A stretch of DNA of 62,613 bases, filler included, from Choristocarpus tenellus KU-1152 (GCA_964200185.2; 11 parts of 11 records of this genome joined end to end with filler, not necessarily neighbours in it), one strand, 5' to 3'; shown: positions 13,860-28,064, counted from the first letter of the whole stretch. Program-made: numbers and translations. Notes: generated by a model not told the origin, from the sequence alone.

Positions 13860-14342
13860 AGGGAAGCACAAGGACACAAAAGGTGTTGAGTAGGGCTGAT
13901 GAGGAAGGGCATCAATTGTCGGAATACGAGATCTAGACACAGAATGGTGGTGGCGATGGCGGTGGAGGAGTGAGTCTTCATTTGCCTCCCTTTGGTGAAG
14001 TGCTACAGCATTTCATTGATTTGGAGGCGAAGGCTAAAGAGAATGGACTATTAATAGAAAGTGCCTGCACATTCGATTACTGCACAAAATGCGAACATGG
14101 AGAGTTATTGAGTATTTTTGCTCCAAGACCTGCAACGTAGACGGGAATTAGACAGCTCCTGGACTGTTACACAGGCATTTCTTGCTCAAAGTCTACCGTA
14201 AGGCATGTCAGGCCCTAAATGGCGACGATGCAATTTCCCAATCATGCACATCACTTATTTATTTTTTTCTTGGCACAAACACGTGGCTTGAAGAGTAATC
14301 ACGTTATATCAAGTCTTGAGATTATCCCGACCTGTTATTGTA
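13860..14342 (+). mobile_element. Possible 3' remnant of a pogo/Tigger-like DNA transposon
   Basis: Decayed frame LPPFGEVLQHFIDLEAKAKENGL resembles a pogo-type C-terminal tail. It is followed by a TIR-like end ...TTATCCCGACCTGTTATTG|TA. No catalytic motif seen. Confidence 0.25.
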
Positions 14343-15070
14343 GTGGGAGGCACACAAAACGATCCCCTTCCTACTGCAGATAAATTGTCAAACTGTGCTT
14401 AACAGAGAGCTGTTTAACAGCTGGGGTTCCCACAGAATGACCTGCAGTGTCCCCAAGAACCTTCCCGCTCATTTTCCCTCCAGTCCTTCACGGTGCAGCA
14501 CTGTTTTGGATCTGCACCGTAATCCGATTGTTGGACTCTGCACGGTTAGGGTAGCAATGAACCTTTTGCCCTCACCCCACAAAAGAAGCAAGTACCCATC
14601 TGCGTAACAAGATACAGGACGAGACGATGCGGTAGAGGGACAAGATCAATGAAAGTACGGTCCACCACACGAACATAATAATGTAATCAAAAGGAAAGGA
14701 GAAAACCCAATCTAGCTAATGAAAAGGGGCAGCAAAAACCCAGTTATTGTGGCTGCCAATCAACCGGAGGACGAGCGAGACACACTGTGTAAAGAAGACA
14801 CGTTACATACAACAAAACCAACCAGTAGTCACGAATATGTCAAATGTTAGTGGCTATGTATGGGTTAACATGTCTCTATGGGGGTGTGCTGAGGAAAAAG
14901 AGGAGGAGAAATATGTCACAAAGCAGCCACAAATAGTGCTGGAACAAGAGGAGGAAATGCACAGGGAAGATGATGATAATAGAGAAGTACACTGTACGAT
15001 GGTGTTGGTCTTATTGTTTGTTATGTTGTTTGTATCGTTAAATTAGAAGAGAGGCAGATGTAGTGACAGT

Positions 15071-15327
15071 GACCCAAACTAAATGAGAGGTAACCAGAGT
15101 TGCATTTCACGATGTCTGCAAATATGTCCAAAATTTCGCCTTTCTTATAATTACGTATTGGAACGTTCTGAATTCTGTCAAAAACCATTTTAGAGTGAAT
15201 CAACGCTCTCAACTCAAACTTGGCACTACTTTATACATAGGAATGTGGGTGAATTGCAAAAAAATAAAAAAATAGCTTGAAATGCAAAACGGACAAAACC
15301 TGGGTACCTCTCGTTTACCTTTCTCTC
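15071..15327. mobile_element. MITE family C, about 256 bp
   Basis: TIR GACCCAAACTAAATGAGAGGTAACC ... GGTACCTCTCGTTTACCTTTCTCTC with flanks (C)AGT on both sides. Internal sequence is homologous to 33786-34048 (shared GGGTGAATTGCAAAA...AAATGCAAAA...CAAAACCTGGG). Confidence 0.8.
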
Positions 15328-16737
15328 AGTTCATCTTAGTAGGGCACTGAGAGGGTCTTTGTGGTTCAGAGGATAAGGAGGCCATTCACAGAAAACAGTT
15401 ATTGATTATCTGATTCATGTGGGCACCAAAAAATAATTTTGTACGCCTATCTATACTTATCCTAGTGCTATACCACAAAAAAGCTGGAGGAAGACGGAGG
15501 TGTCAACATCAAGGCGTGTTCAGCACAAGATTCGATGGAGGAGGCGGAATGAAAAGCAGTAGGAGTCCTGAACTCAATGCACGAAAAGCAACGCATAGGT
15601 GAGGGCAGAACAATCTTTTTTATGTAGTGGAACAATTAGTCATAGTGGAGTAAGTAGTGAACATTACTATAATGCGAGGAGAATAGTGCAGTGTGTCTTT
15701 TGTAATGCCTCTCTGTATGATGCTGAGTTTTTCGCTGTTTCCTTGGTATCACCTACTCCATCCAGATGATCGAGGACGCGGTTTCAGTGAAGTCTCTTAT
15801 ATCGATCATACTGCTAACGTCAAGGAAGGTCGCGGCAGGCATCAAATGAATGGATGGGTACCTTTTCTTTTTCACTCCTCCACCCCCTCACGATTCACAA
15901 CAGCATCTCTGTTTAAATAGGGGTTCCAACGTGTCCATATCATATGGTGATGGCGTAATAAATCACAATGTCTGGAGTATTATTCTATGCCATCTGATGT
16001 GTTCCAGATGTTATGGGGGTGAAGAATTAAGGCTCAAAGTATCTGAGGGGGGGTGGCGGCTGTCCATTTCGGGTCAATTTTTCCATGTAACAGCCAATTC
16101 TCAAAATTGAGGATGGAGNNNNNNNNNNNNNNNNNNNNNNNNNNNNNNNNNNNNNNNNNNNNTTAATTAATTAANNNNNNNNNNNNNNNNNNNNNNNNNN
16201 NNNNNNNNNNNNNNNNNNGACCAAAACGGACGCCCTCTCACAAACCAGCCCCCCCCCAGATACTTTGACCCTTGGGTATGGAAATGGGGGTATCAGGCAG
16301 AAGTTTCTATAAGCACTTTATACTCAAAAGCGCCCATTAATACCCCCCTATGATATTATGACCCAGAAATATTCAGACACTGTATCCCTGCTCAAGCAAG
16401 GTTGTCAAAGATGAAGTATTCTGGGGTTCAGTCCGGATTGTTTGATACCAGTTCGGTATTGGAAAATTCTTCCATCAGGCCAAGGTCTTGTTGAAATGCT
16501 GCATTGCTTAGGGTATCAGGTTAATCCTTTTCTATGAATGAGATTTCGAGCTGCGAATGCCACCTGGCCTGGATGATAGTGTGCACAGTTTAGTGATGCT
16601 ATGATGATTTCTTGTCCTTTACATCAGTGACACCAAACTCAATTGATGCTGGGTGGAGACCTCTCACTGGTACCATGCACAATTCTCATTCCGAGAAGAC
16701 AGAAGGGAGGGGGCTTCTCTCTGTAACTGCCACTTAC

Positions 16738-19700
16738 CGTGCCGCCTCCTCTTCTTCTCGTTGGCGGCACTTGCGCGCTTCCTCCTCTTCAATAAGGCGT
16801 TTCATGTCTTCCGCTGACATGCGGCGCTTAGCTGCCTGTGCATTTTCACACATAGTGGGAGATATTGTAAACAGGTGTTTGGGGAGCTTAGTATCGAATG
16901 GTAATAGTATAAAGTATTGCGAGATGCAATCTAATAAGTGGAAGGAGTGAGTATTAGACGGCATCATTTGTCAAGACAAGGATTTCTTGCTCATAATGGT
17001 TATCTCCCTTAGCATACTTATGTGTGAGATTATGTCTACATGATAAGAGTTTTTAACTGAAGAAATGAGCACCAATCGTTTTCATGCCAGTCAAAGATCT
17101 TGCTAGTACACCCCAGTTCTTGTTCATGATCACCTCCACCTGTTGAGAATGAAATTCGATGGTCAATGTCCTTTTGATTTGCATTGTCAAAGGATTTTGG
17201 GAGGAGTGACATGACCCGGAGGGTCAAAATTATGTGTAGGCAACTCTTCTACTGTAATGGGAAGTGCTTCGTGCTCTGTGTGTGATAATAATGAGACCTT
17301 GGCTATGGAACAACACAGCATCATATACAGATGTAATATTGGGTACTCCTGGCTGCTAATCTGAGTGAGTTGAGACCTTGGATAGAATGACTTGACTAAA
17401 GTTTTTCTTTTCTTTTCCTCCGTTGAGTCACGTACCTCTTGATGAGCACAACGTAGATATAGCAAAGTGTTCAGTTTTCTAGTTTTCAAACACTATACCT
17501 ACGGCTCCAGCGAAGAATAGTCTTTGCTCTTGTAGTCGTTCTGCTTTCCTCCCCTTTCCACCTCTACCTCACTTCTATTACCTGCTCGGTCATCATGCCT
17601 TGTATCATCTTCTCCTGCTGAGCTTTCTTCGCTGCCATGACTTTTGCGCCTTCATCCTCGCTGTCGCTGTCCTCAATGACCTCAGGGCCTTTCCGCACCC
17701 TGTTGGCATCACGTGAGGGAGGGTGTTTGCACAAAGCACACCGACAAACTATTAAGTGGGTAATGCCACACAAACCGAAGAAAGCACAGTCAAACGCGAT
17801 ATGAACATTCAAATGATGAGGCACAAGAAAGCAGCAAGGCTTCAGATAAACGCCTTTGTACTCTCCCCCTTTCCCCTCTCCATTTATTGCTTTGCTATTG
17901 CTAGCCATTGCTTCTGCCCTACATCCCTCTCTGCACCATTAAAATAAATCAAAGGTCTGTGTTTGAGTGAAAATATCTTAGAGGGCACGAGGTTTGCCCT
18001 GCTTATATCCGTTTGGGTCTTGGCTTCCCACTATTTTTTAACGACATTTCACATACTCCAAAACGTTTCATGGTAGGTAAAATCAATACATTATGAAAAA
18101 AATTTGTCCAGAACAAGGGTATTGACAGTTCCTAACAAACACGATAACCAAAATTACATCAAAATCGGAACTTTGGATATTAATCCCCAAACGGACGCGG
18201 CTCTACCCTCTAAGATACTTTTACTCTTTTGAAAATATATAGCTTACAATATATGTGAACCCAGTTATGCTTCACTTTCAACATCGCATCTGTGCTCATA
18301 GTTTGCTACAGTCACTCAAATTGAACCACCAGACAACCATACTTATTTATTTCCCCTTTTCTTCCATGTATTTCCTACCCCTACCGTAGGGAAGGAAATG
18401 TAGAAGTGATAGAGTCAGTGGAACCGGCTGAAAAAAAATCGATGATGTTATGGATTATTGAGCATGTTTGGTCAACGCCATGTATTCAATAGTGGCAGTA
18501 TACCTTACAAAGTCATACTGATCTGCTGATTCCCCAATATCTGGAAGGCGTAGATCTTCATCCATCCCTAAAAACTTTGTGCTGCCAATTCTTTAGCTAT
18601 CTATACTTCCCCGTCTTGCCATCACATGCCTTGCGCCTGATGCCACCTACGACCATAACCCAAGCCCTGGCTGAAAATACTAACCTGCGTTGTTTGGCGT
18701 TCTTTGCATTTTTTCTCCTTAAGGAAGAGTCCCTGCCATTCATGTTCCTCTTTGAAGTACCTTTCTCACCACTGTGTTGGTTTGTTCCTCCTCCTTTGGA
18801 TGATTATAGTGATGAGTTGACTTTGATTGAGAAATACTACTCAAATTTGCAAGTGAGCAATGTGAAAATATATGTCAACCTGTCTTATCTCTGAATGAAA
18901 TTTGTTGAGTTGTAAAATAACTGGGATTGGGACGCAGTGCTTGCATAGAAATTGTTTGAGATCGGTGGTTATCTCTGTCAAGAACATGCCTTTTATTCTT
19001 GTGTAAAAGTAAACTATGTAAGCATATGTTGATGAACTAGAACATTGAAGAATTCAGGGACAGGAAATATTATAGCAGCAAGCAATATGTGCATCAAGCA
19101 ATCTGGGACTAGTGATTAGTGATCCACAGAATAGGATAGATTTGGTGAAAGAGAACCCCCCTTTGGGATTGAAGCCTCACTCCTCCTTTGTCCTTCCTTA
19201 TTTCATCTACAACCTGTCCAACTCATTAAGGAATTTATCAAGTAACTTGTGCACACAAGTCCTAGGAATATCAACTTCTTTACTAGTCTCCGATTCTGTA
19301 TGATCAGACACCCACTTATAGAAAAAGGGTGTGTGAACTGCCTACATGATACTGGATGGATTCAATCACTAGAAAGAATGGGGGCAGAGCAAACAGATAT
19401 TGTAATTCATACTCTCCATATCAAAATTTATTGAGCTTCCTACCCATGCTTTATCTCATGATGGCTCGTTGATCCTTCCATTTCCTCTCCCGTTCTGAAG
19501 CCTTTCCCTATAACTTACTTACCTTCAATGTCTTCAAATCCATCTTCAGCCTCCCTTGACTTCTTGAAAAGTGGTGTTGTCACCTTTTCAGCCTATGTAC
19601 CAGTGCAACGCCAAATAGCACATTGGAAAGGGAGTGGTGGAGTCATGTCAAGGGGGTTCAAAGGTGTAACATTGATGTACAGGATGTAGATGTTCTTCAA

Positions 19701-22700
19701 GGTTGATAAGAGTAAAATATGCAGGATGTAGATGCTCTTCAAGGTTGATAAGAGTACGATACGAACTCTTGGTAGGACTGTGATTGCCTTAATTTTGTTC
19801 ATTTACGAATATGATGAAAGAAAAATACTTGTAACAACAGAGTTCAACTTTCCTTATCAAAAAGATAAAAAATAGTCGAAGATATGGCAATGGACTCGTG
19901 AATCTTTGAAGGCTTGAATGAATATCTCAGAAGTCATTAAATGTCAACGTTTCTGCTTATTTAAACACATAACTTCATCAACTTCCTCTCGGTGGTCATG
20001 TCATCGATACCATGAGGCAAAATATTTTTTCTTGTGATGCAGAGTTCCCACACATGAGGAATCACAAACAACAAGCATCCTCTTGACACATTTTCATGTT
20101 GTGAGCAGATAGCACTTGCAGATAGTAGGGTAACCGAGCTGTGCAGTGTTTAGATAATCATCAAAATACCCTAATAGCAGTGCAGTGGAAGAAGCCTTGA
20201 GTATAGGTGCCGACCTTTCACCGTTACATCACTGCAATGCAATTGTTTCGTATGCAAATCAATATACTGTAGTATAGTAGAGATTAGTGCACTCCATAAG
20301 GTGGCAACCATATGTGCAAATTGAGCAACTCATGCTTAAAATGAGCTGGCTGTTCGGATTCAATGAGTGAGGAGGAGGGAAAGGGGGATGTGTGGGAATG
20401 GCTCATGGCTAGATAGGGTTTTGAGTCAAAGCAATTAATAGGGTAGGGTCGCGTCTGTTTGGGGTCCAAAATCCAATGTTATGATATTCATGAATTTTGG
20501 CTATTGTGCTTGTCAACAAGTGTCAATATCCTTGCTCTGGACACACATTTCATAGTCGTACACATTTTAGGTAACTGTGTTCACACAGAAAACCGAAAAA
20601 GTACATAAAAAACCCTGTGGGAAGCCAAGTCCCGAACGGAAAAACAGGGCAAAACTCCTACCCTCTTGAAAACTTCAGGACTTTTCCTATTCAAGGGGAT
20701 TGCCCTGGAAACTATTTTTCTCCTTGCTGTCGCTACTAGGACAATGGGAGTGCAGAAGGAACAAGGAACACCAGTGTGCATGAATAATAGCTTTGGGTAT
20801 CCTGAAACAACCTTGTGTCCTCGAGGAGGTTCTAAAAGGGGCTTGATCTCGCCCCTCAAGTCTGTCAGTCCTTCAGTATCTGCATCACAATTGAGCTCTG
20901 CTTTCATGGCACCGTTCCCTCCAAATTTCCCTAACATTCTCCCTTGCTGATCGTTTAGAAGATCGTCAGTAAAGAGCATTGAAATCTTGGCACTTCTCTC
21001 TGTCACATGTTCGAGATGGTCTGCAAGGGATGTGGAGTTTGAGGCTGCGAGAGTGAAGATGGGAGGGGGTGGAACTCCTGCCCCCCTCGGGACCCGGTAG
21101 ATCTGCTTGGTTCTTACAGGGTCCAGAAATGGACACCTGGGAAAATGATGTGGACAATATTTCCCAGAGAGAAAAATCGATCAAGGGGGTATATTATGGT
21201 AAGGTAGGTTTTGAGAGATCCCTTGTCGAATTTGTATTGCACTCAGGGTATAATGTAGTGATTGTCTAGGTGTGTAGAATACTGTTCCTCCTTCTTCGAG
21301 GGGGATTTGAGAATCAAAGCAAATGAGAAATATCTAGGTTTTGGTCGTTTTTTAATTTTAGTCACCTTTTTCGTCTTTTGCAAGTTGTCACCATTCTTAC
21401 GATCAAAACCTGAGTGCCCCTCATTTACTTTGTGGCTCTCAGCAGTGTATGAATGGATCTCGCTGTATACAGGATGATGTACTGTGTGATTGCTCTGTCT
21501 GTATAAATTTGGTTATGAGAAAAAGTCACCTGACGTAGAGCGAGGTCATTGTACGTTTGACACGCTTGGTCCGCCTCCTCTTCTCAGTGCCTTCACCACT
21601 CTGGGCACAAAGGAGCAGCAGGATTGGCAGATATGTTCGGGTTCATTTCCTTGGGTGTTGCCATGTGACTTGTGTGTGACATGGGAACAGAAGAAATGCA
21701 TGAAAATTCGATTTGATTCCCAGTTTTTAGGAGAGTCTGGTCTTGTAGGACAGAAGTAAGGGCTAAGTGGATGAACAATGATAATGGGTCTTGCTTTCCA
21801 GCTAGTGATAAGATGCTTCCACTATATTTCCAATCTCGTTTTGCATCTCAATAACAGATAAGCATGGGCAATGTTGGCCAAAATGCATACATGCACGTAA
21901 ATTTATCTGGAAAGCGTCCACTTCCGATTCACACTTCAATAGTGTGTTCTTTGACTATGCAAGAAAAAGCCATGCCCAGAAACCCCTACCTCATAGGCAA
22001 GCGAGCTCAGTGATGACCTTCCGGATTCTGGGGAATTAGCAGTCTCAGGTGTCCCGTCATCTAGGTTGAAGGTCAGACCAGAACATTTCCTTGGGGTTCC
22101 TTCATAGACCACACTAGATCCTACTGTTCCTTGTTTGTTGTCACCCTGTTGTATATGCCCTCTCCGTGATGAACACCCTGTAGCAGCCGAAAGGCTGATA
22201 GAGAGTGTGTCGATATATTTTAATTGGATGGGTTTGAAGACTCCAGATCAGGCTAATCTTCCAGACGTAAGGGGTGGTGGTTCACAGAATGATTTAAGAG
22301 CAGACTTGATAAGTTACAATAGGAAAAAGCAGGCTCTGGTAAACAGGTATTACTTTTGAACACATGTGACCCACAGTAGGTGTACAGGTAATACACCAGT
22401 TTGGTACCCTTTGAATGTTCTTGCTATCTTTCAGTTTCGCGATCAAGAGGGTATCTTTTCCAATAATGAGATTGTTGCTTTAATTGTGGACCAGTAGTGG
22501 TGCCCCCCCTCCCCCCCCCTTTGATATATGTTATTGTTGATGCTTTCCACTCCTGATTTAATGTCAAACACGAAGGAGCACGTTTTTGCTAGAGAGACAT
22601 CAAGTTCAGTTTCCCCTCATGAAACCCACAGAGTTAATCCCATGATATATATTTGCCGTTCTTTAATTCCCCCATCAAGACTATTCAATTTAATTTTACA

Positions 22701-25700
22701 GGCTTCGATGTAGTTCTGACCAACAAACATTCTTAAGGGACTCTCGAAAAATTAAAACGTTTTTATACATAGATTAGTTATCATCCTGAGAACATGGTTC
22801 CATCTGTTACATAAATCAATTGAATCAGCTTTCATCCATCTCAACTCTTAGGATCTGAACAAAGAAAAACTCAAACAAAAGGTGAATTGTGGCCATTTCA
22901 TGCTCTTTGTAAGCTGTCAACTACTACGATCAGAATATTGAAGCTTTCAAACTTGTGTGACAAATTGACATGCTAAGAAATGGTATCAGTATCAATATAT
23001 CATCATACTCAGTAAATTGGACTTAATTCACCTCACTGTGAGGCAATAGCGGAAAAGCCATTCCTACTATAGCCAATCAGTATGAGGCTGCCCCTGAACC
23101 TTGATTTTTTAGTCCCTCACATTCCAGCTAGAATCAGACTGACCTCCTTAATTCTGGTGTATATACACAACTTTGAGGAACATGGCGTTAAACCAAACAA
23201 CATCAACAATTGATCAATAAGCAGAGTGCGAGTGGGAATGTTCTAAGAGGTGGGTATCAACAAAAGAATGTCATAAGTAAAATATGAGGTGGTGAAAGCA
23301 TTATCCTGGACAATAGCCTTGGTGTTGTAGTTGGTACAATATCTTACAAGCAGTATTGAAGGAATAGTTTATGAGAGAAACGGCTTGAATTTGACCCTAT
23401 CTACTTTTGGGTCCTTGCACAATAATCAGAGACTGACTTGAGGACGAGTTTCTTTGTACACTGCTCTTAGTCAGCTTATGCAGAGCTACAGAAGCTCCAA
23501 GGGAAGGAACGATGTGATTTTTAACATTTCATTATCCTCACATTGGTACTTGAGCTTCATCAAGATCAAACATCTTACCATAAACGCTCAAGTGGTGAAA
23601 GTGGATCTTAAGGGATTATTTATGTAAATTCTCCTGTGTTTCTTTGCTAGCTAGACTCATTAGAAACAAGTTATGGAAGCCGAGTGACTAAAAGTAGTAG
23701 TAGAATTCAAGGATATCAGCCACCTATTATCAAGAGAAATTCGAAATGATTATCTCACTCCTGCAACTAGTTACACAAAGAGATAAAGCAAATCTTGGTG
23801 AGAAATGAGTATCTCTCTCCAGTCACACTGATCATGTGCTTGTACCATTGTGCAACAAGCTCTTCAGAGGGAAATTGTAGATGCGATGAAGTACCACTGG
23901 ATGACGGTTTCCCTGATTTTAACCTCGATATGAACTACTACTCGAGAATGCTTTGAATGCGTTGACTATCACTCATACAGCTGGCTCAAATTCTGAAGTT
24001 GATGTAAAGGTATGGACTAAGTCGATATCTTGGGTCAAGATTGTCATCAGTGAGTGGGATTCAAGTCTCTCAGCTAGCACTAAGAGACCTAGTAATACAA
24101 CTGTATATCGTGAGTTGGAGCCGCCAGTGCATGTTGGAAGTCACAAGTTATTCAACCCATTCATATTGACAAAATCACACTTTTAGTTATACCACATGGC
24201 AACGAAGATGCCAATGCATACCTTGACCAACCCTTGACCAACCCTTGACTCTTTCTCTTCCCTTTGCTCGATTGCTCACCGCCTGTTGCTGAGACTCCCA
24301 CCCTCCAAGAACGTTTGTTCACCCCCAGCACCAATGCTGTACTCTCTCTTCATCTCATCCGTTGTCTGTGTGACTATTCCTTTACCCCTGTTTTCTGTGA
24401 GCAGGGTTTCGAAGGGCCACACCACTTCTGGCTTAGTGGGAAACATAGTTTCCTGGGATCTTCCTCCTGGTAGGGCACCTTCAGACTTCGTACAAGAACG
24501 GAAAGCCGCTGAGAACCTCCCATTCTCTTCTGCAGTGCTAGGAGGTTGAGTCACGGTGAGGGTCCCTGGTCCCCAGCCCGTTTGAGGCCAATCTTGGGTC
24601 CCACCCTCATGCCAACACCCAGGGCCGAAGTTCAGAGGCCAATCGAAATGTGTGGATAATGGAGTGCAATTGGTGTGGTAGGAGGAAGAAGCACCTCCTA
24701 TTTAATTAGGTGGAGGGGAAGGGGTTGAATTGGAGGCTAGACTGACTCTTCAGCCATGTTCTGCATCGGGTGAAAGGTGATATGAGGCATTTGGGCAGCA
24801 TTTGTGATCAGCCCTAATAAACTACACTTAAAACAGTAGATCACTTGGAACAATCAGTCTATACTCTCGGAGTTCCATTACCCAATCTCCATCTCCCACC
24901 GATCAGCACTGCCATCAGAATACCCCTCCAAGCATTCTATAGCTCACCAGCTGTGGTTGTCCGAAGTAACCCATGTGTGTATCCTGAGCTGTCTACCTGC
25001 TGACAATGCTCTTGCCCCTGTATCTCCCCTCTCCACATGGAAGGTTCAACTTCGACCCCCACAGGACCCCCCTCTCCCTCGCCTAGCCTTGTGATTCCTG
25101 AGGTAGTTTTCGGAGATGGTTGCTGCAACTCAACCATAGATGCAACGGGTGGTAACTTGGCCATGCAAGTACCTTGTTCCTTGCCCTGCACCCTGGCTGT
25201 CCGAAGGTATGCTAAGAGGGCTTTCCAGTGCCCAGAATCGGCTCCACGAAGTTGTTTTGCACAAACATGGGGAAGCTCAGTGAAGGCCGTCACCTGTTGA
25301 TGTATTCATTTTTTATACGGGCGTCACAAGATATTCTTCATATTGTGTTCTCAACCCCAAGAAAAGTGTGAAGTGAATTTAATGTTTGTCATGTATAGCA
25401 GTAGGTAGATGTGCAGTATTCCCTGTCAATACAGTACTTCAAAGACTGGACTACCCTAAGCACACCGTACTTTGGGATTTTAAGAATAAGATAGGAACAC
25501 AATGGTCTTGGGTTCACAATGTCCCACTCTTGACTCTCTGATATTTCCCATCAGGAGTGAAGGAATGACCCAAGGCAGAACCTCATGGAAATTGAATCCA
25601 GTAATAAATCAACAAAACTGCAGGTGCTTAGGCTACTTCCCCCCACACCTCTGTTGGAATTCTAGGTGTATTCGTTATCCTTTTTGAGCAATGAAATCTA

Positions 25701-27007
25701 ATTCCTCAATGTCCTTGTGGATAGGGCTCATGATGTCCCACCCCTACCGAAGGTATTTAGAAATATGCTCATATGGAAGGATGGTCACATTGCATGTGTT
25801 CATGAACATTGGTTATATGATGACAAATTATTGCACCTAAGTTTGTACATGCAACGATTGCAAACCTTGCCAGTGATGAATGCCTCATGATATATTGTGA
25901 GCCATACATCAAGGTAGCACACTTGTCCATCAAAGGCATCCACAAACCGTAGAACAAGAGCCCTAGAAGTGTCATTCTCTGATTTTGTAAGTCTGGGATC
26001 AGTGGCGTCAAGTTCAGAGTAGCCTGAGGCGATTGTTGCAGTTATTCCAGGGTGGTGTTGGGGCATGGGTGAGGAAAGAGATGAAACTTGCGGCTGATGT
26101 GAGGGTCATATTGCATGAGGGTGTAGTATACGTTTTTCTATATGCAGGGATCGAGATATTCCAGAGAAGGGTAGGCAAGAGGCCACAGTGTTTGTTGATA
26201 AATAAATATGGCAAGAATGGAAACATTTAGTATGCAGGGGGGGAGGCCAATTCTGTCAATGAGTAATTGTGGCATTGCTTAGATGACACAAAGCCAGATG
26301 AAACATCTTGAAGTGGAATATCCTTCAATGATATTGCGCCTGGTGGCATGACAACTTCCTGCTGTGGAGAGTCCAATACCAAGTTCATGCCTAGGTTGTG
26401 ACCAACATGCAATTCAGCGCTTTGGTTACACCTATCTCATTCCACGAAACAGTGCAGAATACAACTCACAAGTCCAGGGCCTTTTGCAGGAGGTGTCCAC
26501 TTCAGCTTCATTTTGTCCCTTTCCAAACCTTAAACGTGGCCTGGGCCACAGTCCATTGTATCCTTCTGCCAATACCCTCCTGAATGTATTCGCTGGGAGT
26601 GAACCCGTTCTATGTGGATCCTCCCTGATAAAAGAATTTAGCAGAGGACACAAGCTGCCAAGCACATCTCTTAAATTCTCTATCCGCTTATTCTTTATCC
26701 CTAGCTCTTCATGTGTCATTGGTGCTTCTCCCCCATTCAAATTTGAATAACCAGTTGTACCTTCTTCCAGATGGTCTGGGACTATGGAACTGTTAAGGTT
26801 TGAACCATGGCTATCATTGGTACCAAGGTGGTGGTCAGTAGAATTGGCAGTGGATGAGGAATTGGAAACATGGAGGGGGTCATGGTGATTATCTGGTGGA
26901 GCCTTTTGCATTGAAGCATTTATATCCCTAGCGGTAGCGATAAGGACCTGTTGATCAGTGATAGCAAGGTCTCCGAAGAGGGCAGAGTAGGCTTGATCAG
27001 CCAGGAG
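16738..27007 (-). CDS. Large unknown protein with a degenerate EF-hand-like pair and a charged coiled-coil; about 840 aa visible, partial. Exons 27007-26470, 26023-25866, 25293-24948, 24697-24280, 22194-21990, 21736-21597, 21136-20812, 19592-19523, 18793-18685, 17699-17582, 16835-16738
   Basis: Eleven exons with GT/AG boundaries whose phases chain without a stop. EF-hand-like FIREDPHRTGSLPANTFRRVL and FVDAFDGQVCYLDVW. E/K/R-rich tail EDMKRLIEEEEARKCRQREEEEAAR. Individual boundaries may shift. Confidence 0.7.
17965..18226. mobile_element. MITE family A, 262 bp, opposite orientation, intronic
   Basis: GAGTGAAAATATCTTAGAGGG ... CCCTCTAAGATACTTTTACTC with flanks GTTT/TTTT. It is a reverse-complement homologue of 5201-5459. 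Confidence 0.88.
19680..19763. repeat. 42-bp tandem duplication, intronic
   Basis: CAGGATGTAGATG(T/C)TCTTCAAGGTTGATAAGAGTA(AA/CG)ATA(T/C)G, twice. Confidence 0.9.
20423..20683. mobile_element. MITE family A, diverged copy, intronic
   Basis: Starts GAGTCAAAG. Shares internal blocks CAAAATCCAA, GTGTCAATATCC and GGGAAGCCAAGTCCC...AACAGGGCAAAACT with 5201-5459. Right TIR is eroded. Confidence 0.8.
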
Positions 27008-28064
27008 CTGGCACCAGTCCCCGAGTCGACATTGTGGATACAAGTGGTCATGAAATCGATGCAGAGTTAAACATGCATGAGAGGGAGAGTTGGTTTATAA
27101 GAGGAGTAATTAAGATTCAAGTGGAGGATAAGTATTTATATATGAGGATTGAGCCGATGGTCTTATATATGTGGGAAAGATAATATTCACTGAGAGCATC
27201 ACACAAACCCCACTGTTCACCGTTTCTATGAAACAGTGTTACAAGGTTTCCTTATTTCTCCAAGATACCCTAAACATAGTACATGTACAAACGGGCTCAT
27301 GAAAAAGACCTGCAGTGACTCAAAGTATCGGGGGGGGGGGGGGGGGGGTGGTCTATTGTGGGTGAAAATTTTTTTGNNNNNNNNNNNNNNNNNNNNNNNN
27401 NNNNNNNNNNNNNNNNNNNNTTAATTAATTAANNNNNNNNNNNNNNNNNNNNNNNNNNNNNNNNNNNNNNNNNNNNAAGGAGAGGGGTGGAAAAGAGAGT
27501 TAAGTGAGGGTTAGGGGGGGGGGGGGGGGGGGGGGGGGGATCGATGTCAGTTACAACTATCCATATGCTTTGTGTCTAGTGGTACCTAGTAATATCTGTC
27601 TCTCTCATTCTTTGCCGTGAGTATGGTGTGTGTTGAAACTTCTTACAAATATTGATCAATAGGGTGGTAGTAAGGATGACGTTTGACCGATATACCTGCA
27701 GGGTTGGCTTGGTGTGTAAAGTGAGTCTGACTGAACTTTGCCGGATTGACTGCCGGATTGGTGCAAAGCCCACCCAATCAAGTGAATAGAGCTAGCCCAT
27801 GCTGTTTTTCCTCACCCAAAGATTGCAAGCAGGCAAGTCGTCACCTCTATTCTTTTTTTTTCTTAGTCTCCTTTTTTTTATCATTTCATTTCATTTTATC
27901 TCATTTCATTTTATCTCATTCCAACTGCCTACCTCTCCCACTGTAGCGACAGCTGTGCAGCTTCTAGATATTTCAATGATAAACAAAAAAGGAACAACCC
28001 ACACCTCTTCATCTCCCTTCCCGTCCCTTCTTGCCACTCGATGTCAAACGCCTTCCACGTTCAG

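Noticed and set aside
14489-14520. Hairpin ACGGTGCAG...CTGCACCGT as a terminator or Helitron end
   Set aside because: It is an isolated 9-bp stem with no U-tract, no nearby CTRR end and no second copy.
16031-16271. One MITE spanning a spacer (left TIR before, right TIR after), implying real scaffold order; same pattern at 3176-3331
   Set aside because: Flanks do not match as TSDs (TTAA vs TTGG; TGAT vs ACCA), so these are separate insertions on unrelated contigs.
18300-27050. A 9-kb decayed intronless ORF or endogenous virus, including FTDD as a polymerase motif
   Set aside because: The open segments have GT/AG ends and chain in phase as an ordinary spliced gene. No other polymerase motifs are present.
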